Below are positions 55,488-64,000 of a DNA stretch of 64,000 nt, one piece after another. The DNA comes from an uncultured Ruminococcus sp. Its GTDB lineage: Bacteria > Bacillota > Clostridia > Oscillospirales > Ruminococcaceae. The stretch spans positions 16,012 to 80,011 of the forward strand of contig CANQJV010000004.1 of the NCBI GenBank assembly GCA_947624295.1, written 5' to 3'. The notes under the pieces were generated by a model. It searched no databases. It was given only the letters and a program-made list of their open reading frames with translations, and was not told the origin of the DNA. The translations under genes were made by a program, and so were the position numbers. Each line of letters starts with the position of its first letter. The first letter of the stretch is position 1.

Positions 55488-55613
55488 CGATTTAACTAAA
55501 ACTCTTGCGGAAAACAGCGATTTGACGACACTGCACAATCAGGGAATCAACGTCCCTGCGACAAGATACGTGCAGATAAAAGGCGACAGTTTGGACTATA
55601 TGCTTGATATGGG

Positions 55614-56005
55614 CAAATAAACAGTTACTACAAATTGATAAAAATATATACAAATCAATAAAAATCTAACAACACTTGACAAAAAAGGAGTTTTGTGGTA
55701 AAATAAAATTGGTACAAAAACCAAGTACCAAGCAACTTGACAAGTTAAGATAGCGGGTTTTACAATCGAATCGTATTGTATGTAAAATCTTAAGCGTAAA
55801 ATTTGAGAATCTGCATAATTCCATTTTCAGGGAAATGCAGATATGTACCTATCGCTACTGGGGAATTTAAGCCTGTGGAGTGTCATATCAAACAAGAGTA
55901 GCTACGGCAAAATTGGACACAGTGAAGCAGGAAGGCGTTTCGTGAGGAATGCCACAGTATAGATATATTAGATTCTTACAAATTTGTATATATTTATCGT
56001 AGCGG
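55614..56005 (+). mobile_element. non-autonomous IS607-like element (no ORF) carrying a promoter and an omega-RNA-like scaffold
   Basis: GG at both junctions (TGGG|caaat...gtagcGG|); AT-rich subterminal imperfect inverted repeats; removal restores the host ORF; 3' part resembles tnpB 3'-end RNA. Confidence 0.8.
55676..55704 (+). promoter_or_regulatory. near-consensus sigmaA promoter inside the element's left end
   Basis: TTGACA-17 bp-TAAAAT with TG extension; followed by the inverted repeat ttggtac-N9-gtaccaa. Confidence 0.72.
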
Positions 56006-56025
56006 ATATGAGGCTGTAAGCAAGA
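55842..56025 (+). ncRNA. TnpB omega-RNA/reRNA-like scaffold plus ~20-nt flank-derived guide
   Basis: uauguacc...gggaauuuaagccuguggagug...gacacagugaagcaggaa; loop UCGCUAC (55852-58) complementary to terminal GUAGCGG (55999-56005); GNRA-capped stem ggcguuuc-GUGA-ggaaugcc. Confidence 0.72.
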
Positions 56026-56240
56026 TATGGCACATGGCTGAAAACAGCGAAATTCCGAACGCTGAAAGCATAAAGCCCGACTATATGTTTAACTGCGACA
56101 TAGTATTCACGGGTGAGAACCTGCTGTTGTTCCTCCGTGAACACTACCCCGATAAAGTGCAGGATATTGCGGATAAAGTAGTCCCTGACGGAAAATATAC
56201 ACTGTATTGCTTTGATTTCTCATAAAATTCAGCAAAACTA

Positions 56241-56269
56241 TTGCAATATGAGTTTACATATGTTATAAT
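56241..56269 (+). promoter_or_regulatory. sigmaA-type promoter for the GH94 gene
   Basis: TTGCAA-17 bp-TATAAT with TG extension. Confidence 0.6.
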
Positions 56270-56322
56270 TATAATACTATATGCCGACGGAAAAATCTAC
56301 GGCAGCAAAAGGAGAGAAAAAT

Positions 56323-58719
56323 ATGAATTATGGACATTTCGACCTCGAAAACAAGGAGTATGTAATCACAAACCCTGCAACGCCCTCACAATGGGCTAAC
56401 TACCTCGGCGACCCTGAATACGGTGCTATGATTTCGAACAACGCCACTGGCTACAGTTTCGTGAAATCAGGCGCAAACGGACGTATTCTTCGCTACAGAT
56501 TCAATTCAGATATGGCACTTCCGGGACGCTATATCTATATCCGTGACAATTCAGACGGCGACTACTGGTCAGCCTCGTGGCAGCCTGTAGGGAAACCTCT
56601 TGATAAATACAAATCAGTATGCCGTCACGGTACAGCTTACACTGTAATTTCAGCTGAATACAGGGAGATTTCCTCCGAAGTCGCCTACTATGTGCCGTAC
56701 GGCAAGACTTACGAAGTATGGCGTGCTAAAGTAACCAACACTTCTGATAAAGAGCGTAATCTGTCAGTATACGGTTTCTGCGAATTCACCAACGAGAACA
56801 ATTACGAACAAGACCAAGTTAATCTGCAATATACACTGTTCATATCACGCACGAGTTTCGAGGGGAATAAAATTCTCCAGCATATCAACGAAAATGACGG
56901 TAAAGACGAAACAGGCGCAAATCATCAGGAACGCTTTTTCGGAATGGTGGGAGCTGATATAACGGCTTATAACGGTTCACTGAGCGACTTCATAGGAGCA
57001 TACAGGACGTATTCCAATCCTATCGCCGTGGAATCGGGTAAGTGCAACAACGGCTTGAATTACAACTCCAATTCGTGCGGAGCATTGCAGTCTGATATTA
57101 CTCTGCAACCCGGTGAAACGCAGGAATTTATATACATAGTCGGACAGAAAACAAATGCTGAGGCTGACGAAATCCTCAACGAGTACAGAACTCCGGGGAA
57201 AGCGGACGATGAACTTGCTGAACTCAAGAATTACTGGCATACACAACTCAGCAACTTCAGAGTAGAAACACCGTCCGCTGAATTTAACAATATGGTCAAC
57301 GTATGGAATGCTTACCAGTGTTTTATAACGTTCATATGGTCAAGAGCAGCATCGTTTATTTACTGCGGACTGCGTAACGGTTACGGCTACCGTGATACAG
57401 TGCAGGATATACAGGGAATTATTCACCTCAACCCCGAAATGGCAGCTGAAAAAATCAGGTTTATGCTTTCCGCACAAGTCGATAACGGCGGAGGACTTCC
57501 CCTTGTTAAATTCACGCATAATGCAGGTCACGAGAATACTCCCGATGACCCCGAATACGTCAAGGAGACAGGTCACCCGTCATACCGTGCAGACGATGCA
57601 TTGTGGCTGTTCCCGACAATCGTCAAGTATATAGGCGAATCAGGTAACAAAGCATTTTTGGACGAGGTCATTGTATACGCAAACGGCGGTGAGGCTACAG
57701 TATACGAACATCTCAAGAATGCAATCAGATTTTCTATGGAACATCTCGGCGTTCATAATATGCCTGCGGGACTGCACGCTGACTGGAACGACTGTCTGAG
57801 ACTTGGTGCGAAAGGCGAATCTACTTTTGTGGCATTCCAGCTGTACTACGCTATGGACGTTATTAAAAATATGGCTGAATCAAGAAATGATACTGATTAT
57901 ATCAAATATATTGACGAAGTACAGAAAAATCTTGCTGAATCACTCGAAAAATGCTGGGACGAGGACAGATTTATCCGTGGCATACGTGAGGACGGTATCA
58001 TTGTCGGAGCTAAAAAAGACCCTGAGGCTAATATGTGGCTTAATCCGCAGTCGTGGAGTGTTATTTCAGGCTTTGCGAATCCCGAACAGGCTGAAAAAGC
58101 TATGGAGAGCGTTCATAGTATCCTCAACACGCCGTACGGAGCTAAACTCCTCGAACCGCCGTATAAAGACCACTGGTTTGACGGTGCGCTTATGCATATT
58201 TTCAACGATGATACCAAAGAAAACGGCGGTATATTCTCACAATCGCAAGGCTGGCTTATTCTTGCGGAATCACTTCTCGGTCACGGCAACAGGGCATTCG
58301 AGTACTTTATGGAAAGTTCACCTGCCTCAATGAACGACAAGGCTGAAATACGTGTTATGGAGCCGTATGTTCACGGGCAGTTCACTGAATCGAAAGCCTC
58401 ACCGTTTGAGGGACGTGCGCACGTTCACTGGCTGACGGGAACAGCGTCAACTGTCATGGTTGGCTGTGTAGAGGGAATATGCGGAATGCGCCCTGATGCG
58501 GACGGTATTGAAATTTCACCGTCAATCCCCGAAAAATGGGACGGCTTTAAGATAGAGAAGAATTTCCGTAATAAGAAACTCAATATAACTGTTGACAATT
58601 CCGCACACGTACAGAGCGGCGTAAAAGAACTCACACTCAACGGCAAAAAAATCAGCGGTAAATATATTCCTGCTGACGAACTGCTTGACACAAACGAAAT
58701 AACTGTTATTTTAGGCTGA
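56323..58719 (+). CDS. GH94 glycoside phosphorylase (cellodextrin/chitobiose phosphorylase-like)
   Basis: YGHFD...EYVIT.P.TP..WANYLG, GYGYRDTVQD, RADDALW, ADWNDCL, ENGGIF, HWLTGTAS; start moved to ATG 56323. Confidence 0.92.
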   Translation: MNYGHFDLENKEYVITNPATPSQWANYLGDPEYGAMISNNATGYSFVKSGANGRILRYRFNSDMALPGRYIYIRDNSDGDYWSASWQPVGKPLDKYKSVCRHGTAYTVISAEYREISSEVAYYVPYGKTYEVWRAKVTNTSDKERNLSVYGFCEFTNENNYEQDQVNLQYTLFISRTSFEGNKILQHINENDGKDETGANHQERFFGMVGADITAYNGSLSDFIGAYRTYSNPIAVESGKCNNGLNYNSNSCGALQSDITLQPGETQEFIYIVGQKTNAEADEILNEYRTPGKADDELAELKNYWHTQLSNFRVETPSAEFNNMVNVWNAYQCFITFIWSRAASFIYCGLRNGYGYRDTVQDIQGIIHLNPEMAAEKIRFMLSAQVDNGGGLPLVKFTHNAGHENTPDDPEYVKETGHPSYRADDALWLFPTIVKYIGESGNKAFLDEVIVYANGGEATVYEHLKNAIRFSMEHLGVHNMPAGLHADWNDCLRLGAKGESTFVAFQLYYAMDVIKNMAESRNDTDYIKYIDEVQKNLAESLEKCWDEDRFIRGIREDGIIVGAKKDPEANMWLNPQSWSVISGFANPEQAEKAMESVHSILNTPYGAKLLEPPYKDHWFDGALMHIFNDDTKENGGIFSQSQGWLILAESLLGHGNRAFEYFMESSPASMNDKAEIRVMEPYVHGQFTESKASPFEGRAHVHWLTGTASTVMVGCVEGICGMRPDADGIEISPSIPEKWDGFKIEKNFRNKKLNITVDNSAHVQSGVKELTLNGKKISGKYIPADELLDTNEITVILG

Positions 58720-58728
58720 ATCAACTAC

Positions 58729-58764
58729 AGGCAATACCGCCCATAAAAGCGGTATTGTCTTTTT
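58729..58764 (+). terminator. intrinsic terminator after the GH94 gene
   Basis: ggcaataccgc-ccataaaa-gcggtattgtc followed by T tract. Confidence 0.72.
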
Positions 58765-58784
58765 ATGCAAGGTGAATAAATATT

Positions 58785-60122
58785 ATGAAAAAAATCAGTA
58801 AAAAATTGTCATCATTTCAAATAATCATACTGGGATTTCTCGGCGTGATACTTGCGGGAACGCTCCTGCTGATGTTGCCGTTTTCCTCGAAAGAATCAGG
58901 TTCAGCACCATTTTCGGACTGCCTTTTCACCGCAACTTCTGCAACTTGCGTAACGGGGCTTATTGTACACGATACAGCGACATACTGGACAGCGTTCGGG
59001 CAGGCAGTCATACTTATACTCATACAGATAGGCGGTCTGGGAGTTGTGACAATAATGGCATCACTCGCAATGATTTCGGGGCGGAAAATCGGCTTATTAC
59101 AGCGGAATACAATGCAGGATTCCATTTCAGCTCAACACGTCGGCGGAATAGTACGGCTTACATCGTTCGCAATAAAAATTACTCTTGCAGTTGAATCAGT
59201 CGGAGCGTTGTTGATGATGCCGTCATTCTGCAAAGAATTTGGCGTAGGCAAGGGAATATGGTATTCAGTATTCCATTCAGTTTCAGCCTTCTGCAATGCA
59301 GGCTTTGACCTCATGGGCGTGAAAGAAAAATTTTCGTCACTTACTTCAGTAGCGTACAATATCCCCGTGAATATCGTCATAATGCTGTTGATTATCATAG
59401 GCGGAATAGGTTTCCTGACGTGGGACGATATAAAAATGCACAAATTCAACCTGAAAAAGTACCGTATGCAGAGTAAAGTTATCCTTGCAACATCGGGAAT
59501 ACTTATAATTTTCCCTGCTGTATACTATTTCTTTGAATTTGCAGGTGATGACTGGAATATGACTACAGGCGAACGCATAATAACAGCGTTATTCCAGTCA
59601 GTCACGGCGAGAACAGCAGGTTTCAATACAGTGAATCTGAGTATGCTCAACGGCGGAGGAATGATAATTATGATTTTCCTTATGCTTATAGGAGGCTCAC
59701 CGGGTTCTACAGCAGGAGGTATGAAAACTACAACAATAGCAGTGCTTTTTGCGTCAGCATTTTCGGTATTCCGCAAAGAAAAAGATGCAGGGCTTTTCGG
59801 CAGGCGGATTGAAATTGATACCGTGAAAAATGCCTCAGCTATATTGCTTATGTATTTAACAATATTTCTTTCGGGAGCAGCTGCAATAAGCAATATAGAG
59901 AATCTGCCAATAAGAGAATGTATGTTCGAAACATCTTCTGCTATTGCGACAGTCGGCTTATCCCTCGGAATAACGCCCACACTCGGCATAGTTTCGAGGA
60001 TAATACTCATAATAATGATGTTCCTCGGCAGAGTAGGCGGACTGACGGTCATATATGCGACAGTTTCGGGGAATCATTCAAATCTTTCAAAACTGCCGCA
60101 GGAAAAAATAACAGTAGGCTAA
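58785..60122 (+). CDS. ktrB: KtrB/TrkH potassium uptake membrane subunit
   Basis: SATCVTGL, SAFCNAGF, TARTAGFNT, GSTAGGMKTTT, ATVGLSLG, GRVGGLT. Confidence 0.93.
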   Translation: MKKISKKLSSFQIIILGFLGVILAGTLLLMLPFSSKESGSAPFSDCLFTATSATCVTGLIVHDTATYWTAFGQAVILILIQIGGLGVVTIMASLAMISGRKIGLLQRNTMQDSISAQHVGGIVRLTSFAIKITLAVESVGALLMMPSFCKEFGVGKGIWYSVFHSVSAFCNAGFDLMGVKEKFSSLTSVAYNIPVNIVIMLLIIIGGIGFLTWDDIKMHKFNLKKYRMQSKVILATSGILIIFPAVYYFFEFAGDDWNMTTGERIITALFQSVTARTAGFNTVNLSMLNGGGMIIMIFLMLIGGSPGSTAGGMKTTTIAVLFASAFSVFRKEKDAGLFGRRIEIDTVKNASAILLMYLTIFLSGAAAISNIENLPIRECMFETSSAIATVGLSLGITPTLGIVSRIILIIMMFLGRVGGLTVIYATVSGNHSNLSKLPQEKITVG

Positions 60123-60147
60123 ATCAGTTAATTAAAGGAGAATCAAT

Positions 60148-60795
60148 ATGAAATCAATTTTACTTATAGGTCTTGGACGTTTCGGAAGGCATATTGCACA
60201 AAAACTCAATGAATTAAGGCACGAAGTTCTTGCTGTTGATATTGCCGAATCACGTGTGCAGAGTGTGCTTGAATATGTTACAGATGCACAAATAGGCGAC
60301 TCCACTAACTACGAATTTATGAGTTCACTCGGCGTGAGAAATTTCGATGTATGTATTGTCGCAATAGGAGATAATTTCCAGAGTTCCCTCGAAACAACGT
60401 CACTTCTGAGCGAATTGGGTGCCGTGAAAGTCGTATCAAGGGCATCTTCCGATGTACACGAGAAATTTCTGCTGAAAAACGGTGCAGATGAGGTGATTTA
60501 CCCCGAAAAACAGCTTGGTATATGGACAGCCATCCGATTCAGCGCAAACCACGTCTTTGATTACATCGAACTTGACGGGGAATACTCTATTTTCGAGGTG
60601 ACTATCCCTGAAAAGTGGATTGGCAAAACTGTCGGAATGCTTGATATACGCAAGAAATACGGGATAAATATACTTGCCCTCAAAAAGGGTACTGAAGTCA
60701 AGCCCGACATAATGTCAGATACGGTGCTTGACGGTAACTACAATATGCTTGTGCTGGGGACGGATTCCGCTATACAGAAGTGTTTCCGTATATAG
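60148..60795 (+). CDS. ktrA: KtrA/TrkA RCK regulatory subunit
   Basis: IGLGRFG, DVCIVAIG, GADEVIYPE, RCK_C domain. Confidence 0.93.
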   Translation: MKSILLIGLGRFGRHIAQKLNELRHEVLAVDIAESRVQSVLEYVTDAQIGDSTNYEFMSSLGVRNFDVCIVAIGDNFQSSLETTSLLSELGAVKVVSRASSDVHEKFLLKNGADEVIYPEKQLGIWTAIRFSANHVFDYIELDGEYSIFEVTIPEKWIGKTVGMLDIRKKYGINILALKKGTEVKPDIMSDTVLDGNYNMLVLGTDSAIQKCFRI

Positions 60796-60818
60796 GCAAA
60801 TAGAAGGGGGTTGAATTT

Positions 60819-61319
60819 ATGGGGAAAATCGAAGTAAGACACACTCCCGACTTTATGAAAGCAGCAGTAATATCTTTTGTAATTTTATTTATGTTTCTTA
60901 TATTTTTCATATGTGCTGTTGTAAAATCGTATTTTGTTGCAGTATCGTTGTCAATCGTGCTGTTTTTTGCTATGATTGGTTCCGCAATTTTTTTGGATAC
61001 AGTGAAAACAGTTGTCGAATACGATACGGAGAAAATCCACTGGAAATGGCTATGGCTTGAATACACGGTGAAGTTCAGCGAAATGAAATCCGTGTGCTAC
61101 ACGATAACTACTCAACGTGCAAGATACGCCGTTATACGTCATTTTGAGATAAGGTTCAATGTCGGTGACAGAGAGTTGAAACTCAATGATATTCTTGCTA
61201 CAGAAGATATTGAAAATTGCATAAACGGGAACGCTGATGATATAAAACTTATGCGGTTGTACAAATTCATTGAGAGGACTTGTCCCGAAAAATCAAAGGG
61301 GTTTGTTAAAACATATTAG
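60819..61319 (+). CDS. hypothetical membrane protein (two TMs plus soluble domain)
   Basis: 166-aa ORF with AAGGGGT RBS. Confidence 0.7.
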   Translation: MGKIEVRHTPDFMKAAVISFVILFMFLIFFICAVVKSYFVAVSLSIVLFFAMIGSAIFLDTVKTVVEYDTEKIHWKWLWLEYTVKFSEMKSVCYTITTQRARYAVIRHFEIRFNVGDRELKLNDILATEDIENCINGNADDIKLMRLYKFIERTCPEKSKGFVKTY

Positions 61320-61342
61320 ATTAGAAAAAGGGCTGATTTCCG

Positions 61343-62035
61343 TCAGCCCTCTTTTTTTATTGGAATGGAGTTTTTATTTTCGTCGTAGAAAACAATGTTA
61401 TCTATGTAAAAATTCCCCTCATTTTGTGCGCCCCAACGCATAATTACAAATACAGCCTCGTCCATATCTTCAGACCAGCATTTGCCTTTTTCAGCAAGCA
61501 GGAATTTCAATTCAAGGTGAATCGCTCCTGACATCTTGTAATTATACTCACCGTTTTCCCAATCGCCGAATGTATACCACTCGTCGCCCGTGACGTTAGC
61601 ACCTGCACCTCCGCCAATCCAACCGGGAGCTTTTACATTATCGCCGTTTTCAGTCACAAGTTCTTTTGCGGTAGCGTCAGCATAAACGTCCATTTCAATC
61701 GAACGTACCTTCGGCAAATCTTCAGGGTTCAGGAGTTTCACGGCATCGATTTTTATTTTCTGTACAGTGCTGTCTTTGTAATTAGTACCGTCATCATTGA
61801 ATTTCAGCATTTTGTTTCCTTTTATTTCAGCGATTTCAAGTTCCCCGTCAGCGTGGTCTTTTTCGGACAAATCGACACTTGCGAACGAAAAATCACCGTC
61901 ATCGAAAGTCACTGCATTCACGTCATCGCATTCAGCAGGTGCGGGGAAATTATTTTCGGACAAGATAATTCCCGAAAAAACGGAGGAAATTATAATCATA
62001 AGCAAGCCTGTAATTATTATTAAAACTTTTTTCAA
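61343..62035 (-). CDS. membrane-anchored/secreted beta-sandwich (CBM-like) protein
   Basis: N-terminal hydrophobic segment, Trp-rich body, terminal FYIDNIVFYD strand; TTG 62035 chosen as start next to the mfd stop. Confidence 0.6.
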   Translation of the reverse strand: MKKVLIIITGLLMIIISSVFSGIILSENNFPAPAECDDVNAVTFDDGDFSFASVDLSEKDHADGELEIAEIKGNKMLKFNDDGTNYKDSTVQKIKIDAVKLLNPEDLPKVRSIEMDVYADATAKELVTENGDNVKAPGWIGGGAGANVTGDEWYTFGDWENGEYNYKMSGAIHLELKFLLAEKGKCWSEDMDEAVFVIMRWGAQNEGNFYIDNIVFYDENKNSIPIKKEG

Positions 62036-62036
62036 T

Positions 62037-64000
62037 TCAAACGTCCCCTTTAGCTTTTTCCACAATATTCACGACATCTTTCATCATATCAAACGGCAGT
62101 ATTTTGGGATTTATTTTCACTGAAACGTATGATTTCCCGTAGCCGTTGAAAGTGATTTTCCCTTTATAAGCGTTGGAAAGTGCTTCAATCTGACTGATTT
62201 CGAGGTATTCCGTGTAGAAATACATCTGCGCATTTTTCTGCGATATTTCGGTGATTCCGAGACGAGCAGCCTTATTCCTGAGCAGTGATACTTCAATAAG
62301 CCCGAGAACAGCTTTAGGCGGTTCACCGTAGCGGTCAATGAGTTCGTCAATCAGGTCAAGTTTATCCTCATCTTTTTCAACGAACATAATTTTCCTGTAC
62401 ACGTCAAGCCGTTGATTCAGGCTTGCAATGTAATTTTCGGGGATATGGGCATCTATTTGTATATCAACAAGACATTCCCGTATTTTTTCAGGTTTTTCGC
62501 CTTTTTCCTCAGCAACAGCCTCCGAAAGCAGTTTAAGGTACATATCATAGCCGACTGTTTCCATATGACCGTGCTGACTTCCGCCTAAAATACTGCCTGC
62601 GCCTCTTATTTCGAGGTCACGGAGAGCAATTCTGAATCCGCTCCCGAATTGGGTAAACTCACGCATTGCGGTGAGCCGTTTAGAGGCGACTTCCGTGAGG
62701 ACTTTGTCTTTCTGATACGTGAAAAACGCATATCCACGGCGGTTGGAGCGTCCCACACGTCCACGGAGCTGATATAACTGCGAAAGCCCGAAACGGTCAG
62801 AATCCTCAATAATAAGGGTATTCACGTTCGGCACATCTACACCTGTTTCGATGATAGTGGTACACACGAGAATATCAATTTCGTGTTCAACAAGCTGTTC
62901 CCATACGTCCGACATATCTTCCTGCGACATCTGCCCGTGTGCGTAAGCAATACGTGCATCAGGCAGTAATTCCTGTAATTTCCCGGTGCAGTTCATAATA
63001 GTTTCAACTCTGTTGTGGATATAGTACACTTGTCCGCCTCTTCTCAGTTCACGCATAATCGCCTGAATCACGGTTGCGGTGTTGTACTCGATAACGTACG
63101 TCTGTACGGGGTAGCGGTCTTGCGGAGGTTCTTCCAGCACCGACATATCACGTATACCGCTCATCGCCATATTGAGGGTACGGGGTATAGGTGTAGCCGA
63201 AAGCATAAGAACGTCAACTCCCGAAAAAGCCTCCTTGAATTTTTCTTTGTGCGCCACGCCGAAACGCTGTTCCTCATCGATTATCGCAAGCCCTAAATCT
63301 CTGAAAACAACGCTTTTCTGGATAATCTTGTGAGTGCCGATTAAAATATCGATTCTGCCCTGTTTAAGTTTTTTAACTATTTCAGCCTGTTGTTTGGGAG
63401 TACGGTAACGGCTGAGTAACTCAACGTTTACAGGGAATTGCTCAAACCGTCTTGTAGCGGTCTGATAATGCTGATATGCGAGGACTGTTGTCGGGGCAAG
63501 TATAGCGCATTGTTTCCCTGAAAGCACACATTTCATTGCAGCACGCAGGGCAACTTCAGTTTTACCGAATCCCACATCACCGCACAAAAGACGTTCCATA
63601 GGCTTATCACGTTCCATATCAGCTTTTATTTCGCTAATGGCGGTGAGTTGGTCATCAGTTTCGATATACGGGAAACGTTCCTCGAAATCACGCTGTATTT
63701 CGTCGTCAGGGAAAAACGCAAAGCCCTGACTATGTTCACGTTTAGCGTATAAAGCTATGAGTTCTTTCGCCATATCTTTAACGGCACGTTTTACATTGGA
63801 TTTTTTCTTCTGCCATTCTTCCGAGCCGAGTTTTGTGAGTTTAACGCCTGTATCATCTCTGCCGCCTATGTATTTTGAAACCATATCAAGCTGAGTTACA
63901 GGGATATAGAGTTTATCAGTACCTGCATACTGAATAGTTATGTAATCCTTTACGACATCATCAAATTCAAGTTTGTTTATGCCTATGAATCTGCCTATTC
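62037..64000 (-). CDS. mfd: transcription-repair coupling factor (5' part outside the window)
   Basis: CGDVGFGKTEVA, DEEQRFG, SATPIPRTL, QLRGRVGRS, RDLEIRGAG; the frame stays open past the ORF-track start to the window edge. Confidence 0.97.
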   Translation of the reverse strand, partial: IGRFIGINKLEFDDVVKDYITIQYAGTDKLYIPVTQLDMVSKYIGGRDDTGVKLTKLGSEEWQKKKSNVKRAVKDMAKELIALYAKREHSQGFAFFPDDEIQRDFEERFPYIETDDQLTAISEIKADMERDKPMERLLCGDVGFGKTEVALRAAMKCVLSGKQCAILAPTTVLAYQHYQTATRRFEQFPVNVELLSRYRTPKQQAEIVKKLKQGRIDILIGTHKIIQKSVVFRDLGLAIIDEEQRFGVAHKEKFKEAFSGVDVLMLSATPIPRTLNMAMSGIRDMSVLEEPPQDRYPVQTYVIEYNTATVIQAIMRELRRGGQVYYIHNRVETIMNCTGKLQELLPDARIAYAHGQMSQEDMSDVWEQLVEHEIDILVCTTIIETGVDVPNVNTLIIEDSDRFGLSQLYQLRGRVGRSNRRGYAFFTYQKDKVLTEVASKRLTAMREFTQFGSGFRIALRDLEIRGAGSILGGSQHGHMETVGYDMYLKLLSEAVAEEKGEKPEKIRECLVDIQIDAHIPENYIASLNQRLDVYRKIMFVEKDEDKLDLIDELIDRYGEPPKAVLGLIEVSLLRNKAARLGITEISQKNAQMYFYTEYLEISQIEALSNAYKGKITFNGYGKSYVSVKINPKILPFDMMKDVVNIVEKAKGDV

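Larger units (their letters stand above)
55480..56225 (+). pseudogene. 117-aa hypothetical gene interrupted by the insertion element
   Basis: 55480-55613 (MNDDL...LDM-GG) joined to 56006-56225 (A-TAT-GAG...) reads in frame as ...LDMGYEAVSKIWHMAENS...FDFS*. Confidence 0.8.

Noticed and set aside
55614-56005. Intact IStron (group I intron-IS607 hybrid)
   Set aside because: Only ~130 nt lie between the promoter and the scaffold, and I could not find group I core elements (P7/R/S); splicing is left as an untested possibility.
56034-56225. Independent 63-aa gene
   Set aside because: No RBS, and it is in frame with the upstream half across the insertion; treated as the 3' part of an interrupted gene.
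58720-58784. c-di-AMP (ydaO) riboswitch upstream of ktrB
   Set aside because: The 65-bp gap holds a single terminator-like hairpin only.

Overview
Mostly core chromosome of a low-GC Firmicute, most consistent with a cellulolytic Ruminococcus/Oscillospiraceae member (inferred from a dockerin protein, a GH94 phosphorylase, ppdK, a sporulation PRC-barrel gene and the rplU-prp-rpmA-obgE arrangement). About 55 CDS: translation and tRNA modification (rpsB, tsf, rplU, prp, rpmA, obgE, prmA, tsaD, rimI, tadA, mrnC), polA, partial mfd and hpt, ispE, folD, lgt, htrA, ktrAB, mntP, a four-gene phosphorelay cluster and a MoxR-DUF58-transglutaminase operon. No rRNA, tRNA, CRISPR array or transposase gene was seen. 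The strongest signals are non-coding. (1) A 392-bp protein-free IS607-like insertion (55614-56005) lies between TGGG and GG, carries its own promoter and a TnpB omega-RNA-like scaffold with a terminal pseudoknot, and splits a gene that is restored in frame if the insertion is removed. (2) A hierarchical, BOX/BIME-like mosaic repeat family occurs at 7 loci; it includes a 61-nt branched cassette seen at both filled and empty sites, one copy inside an amidohydrolase reading frame, and one copy supplying the tadA C-terminus. (3) A well-formed candidate sRNA with anti-Shine-Dalgarno motifs sits at 748-906 (minus strand). (4) An unannotated 45-aa protein is essentially just a sortase sorting signal. 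All calls come from reading the sequence by eye; no searches or folding computations were run.
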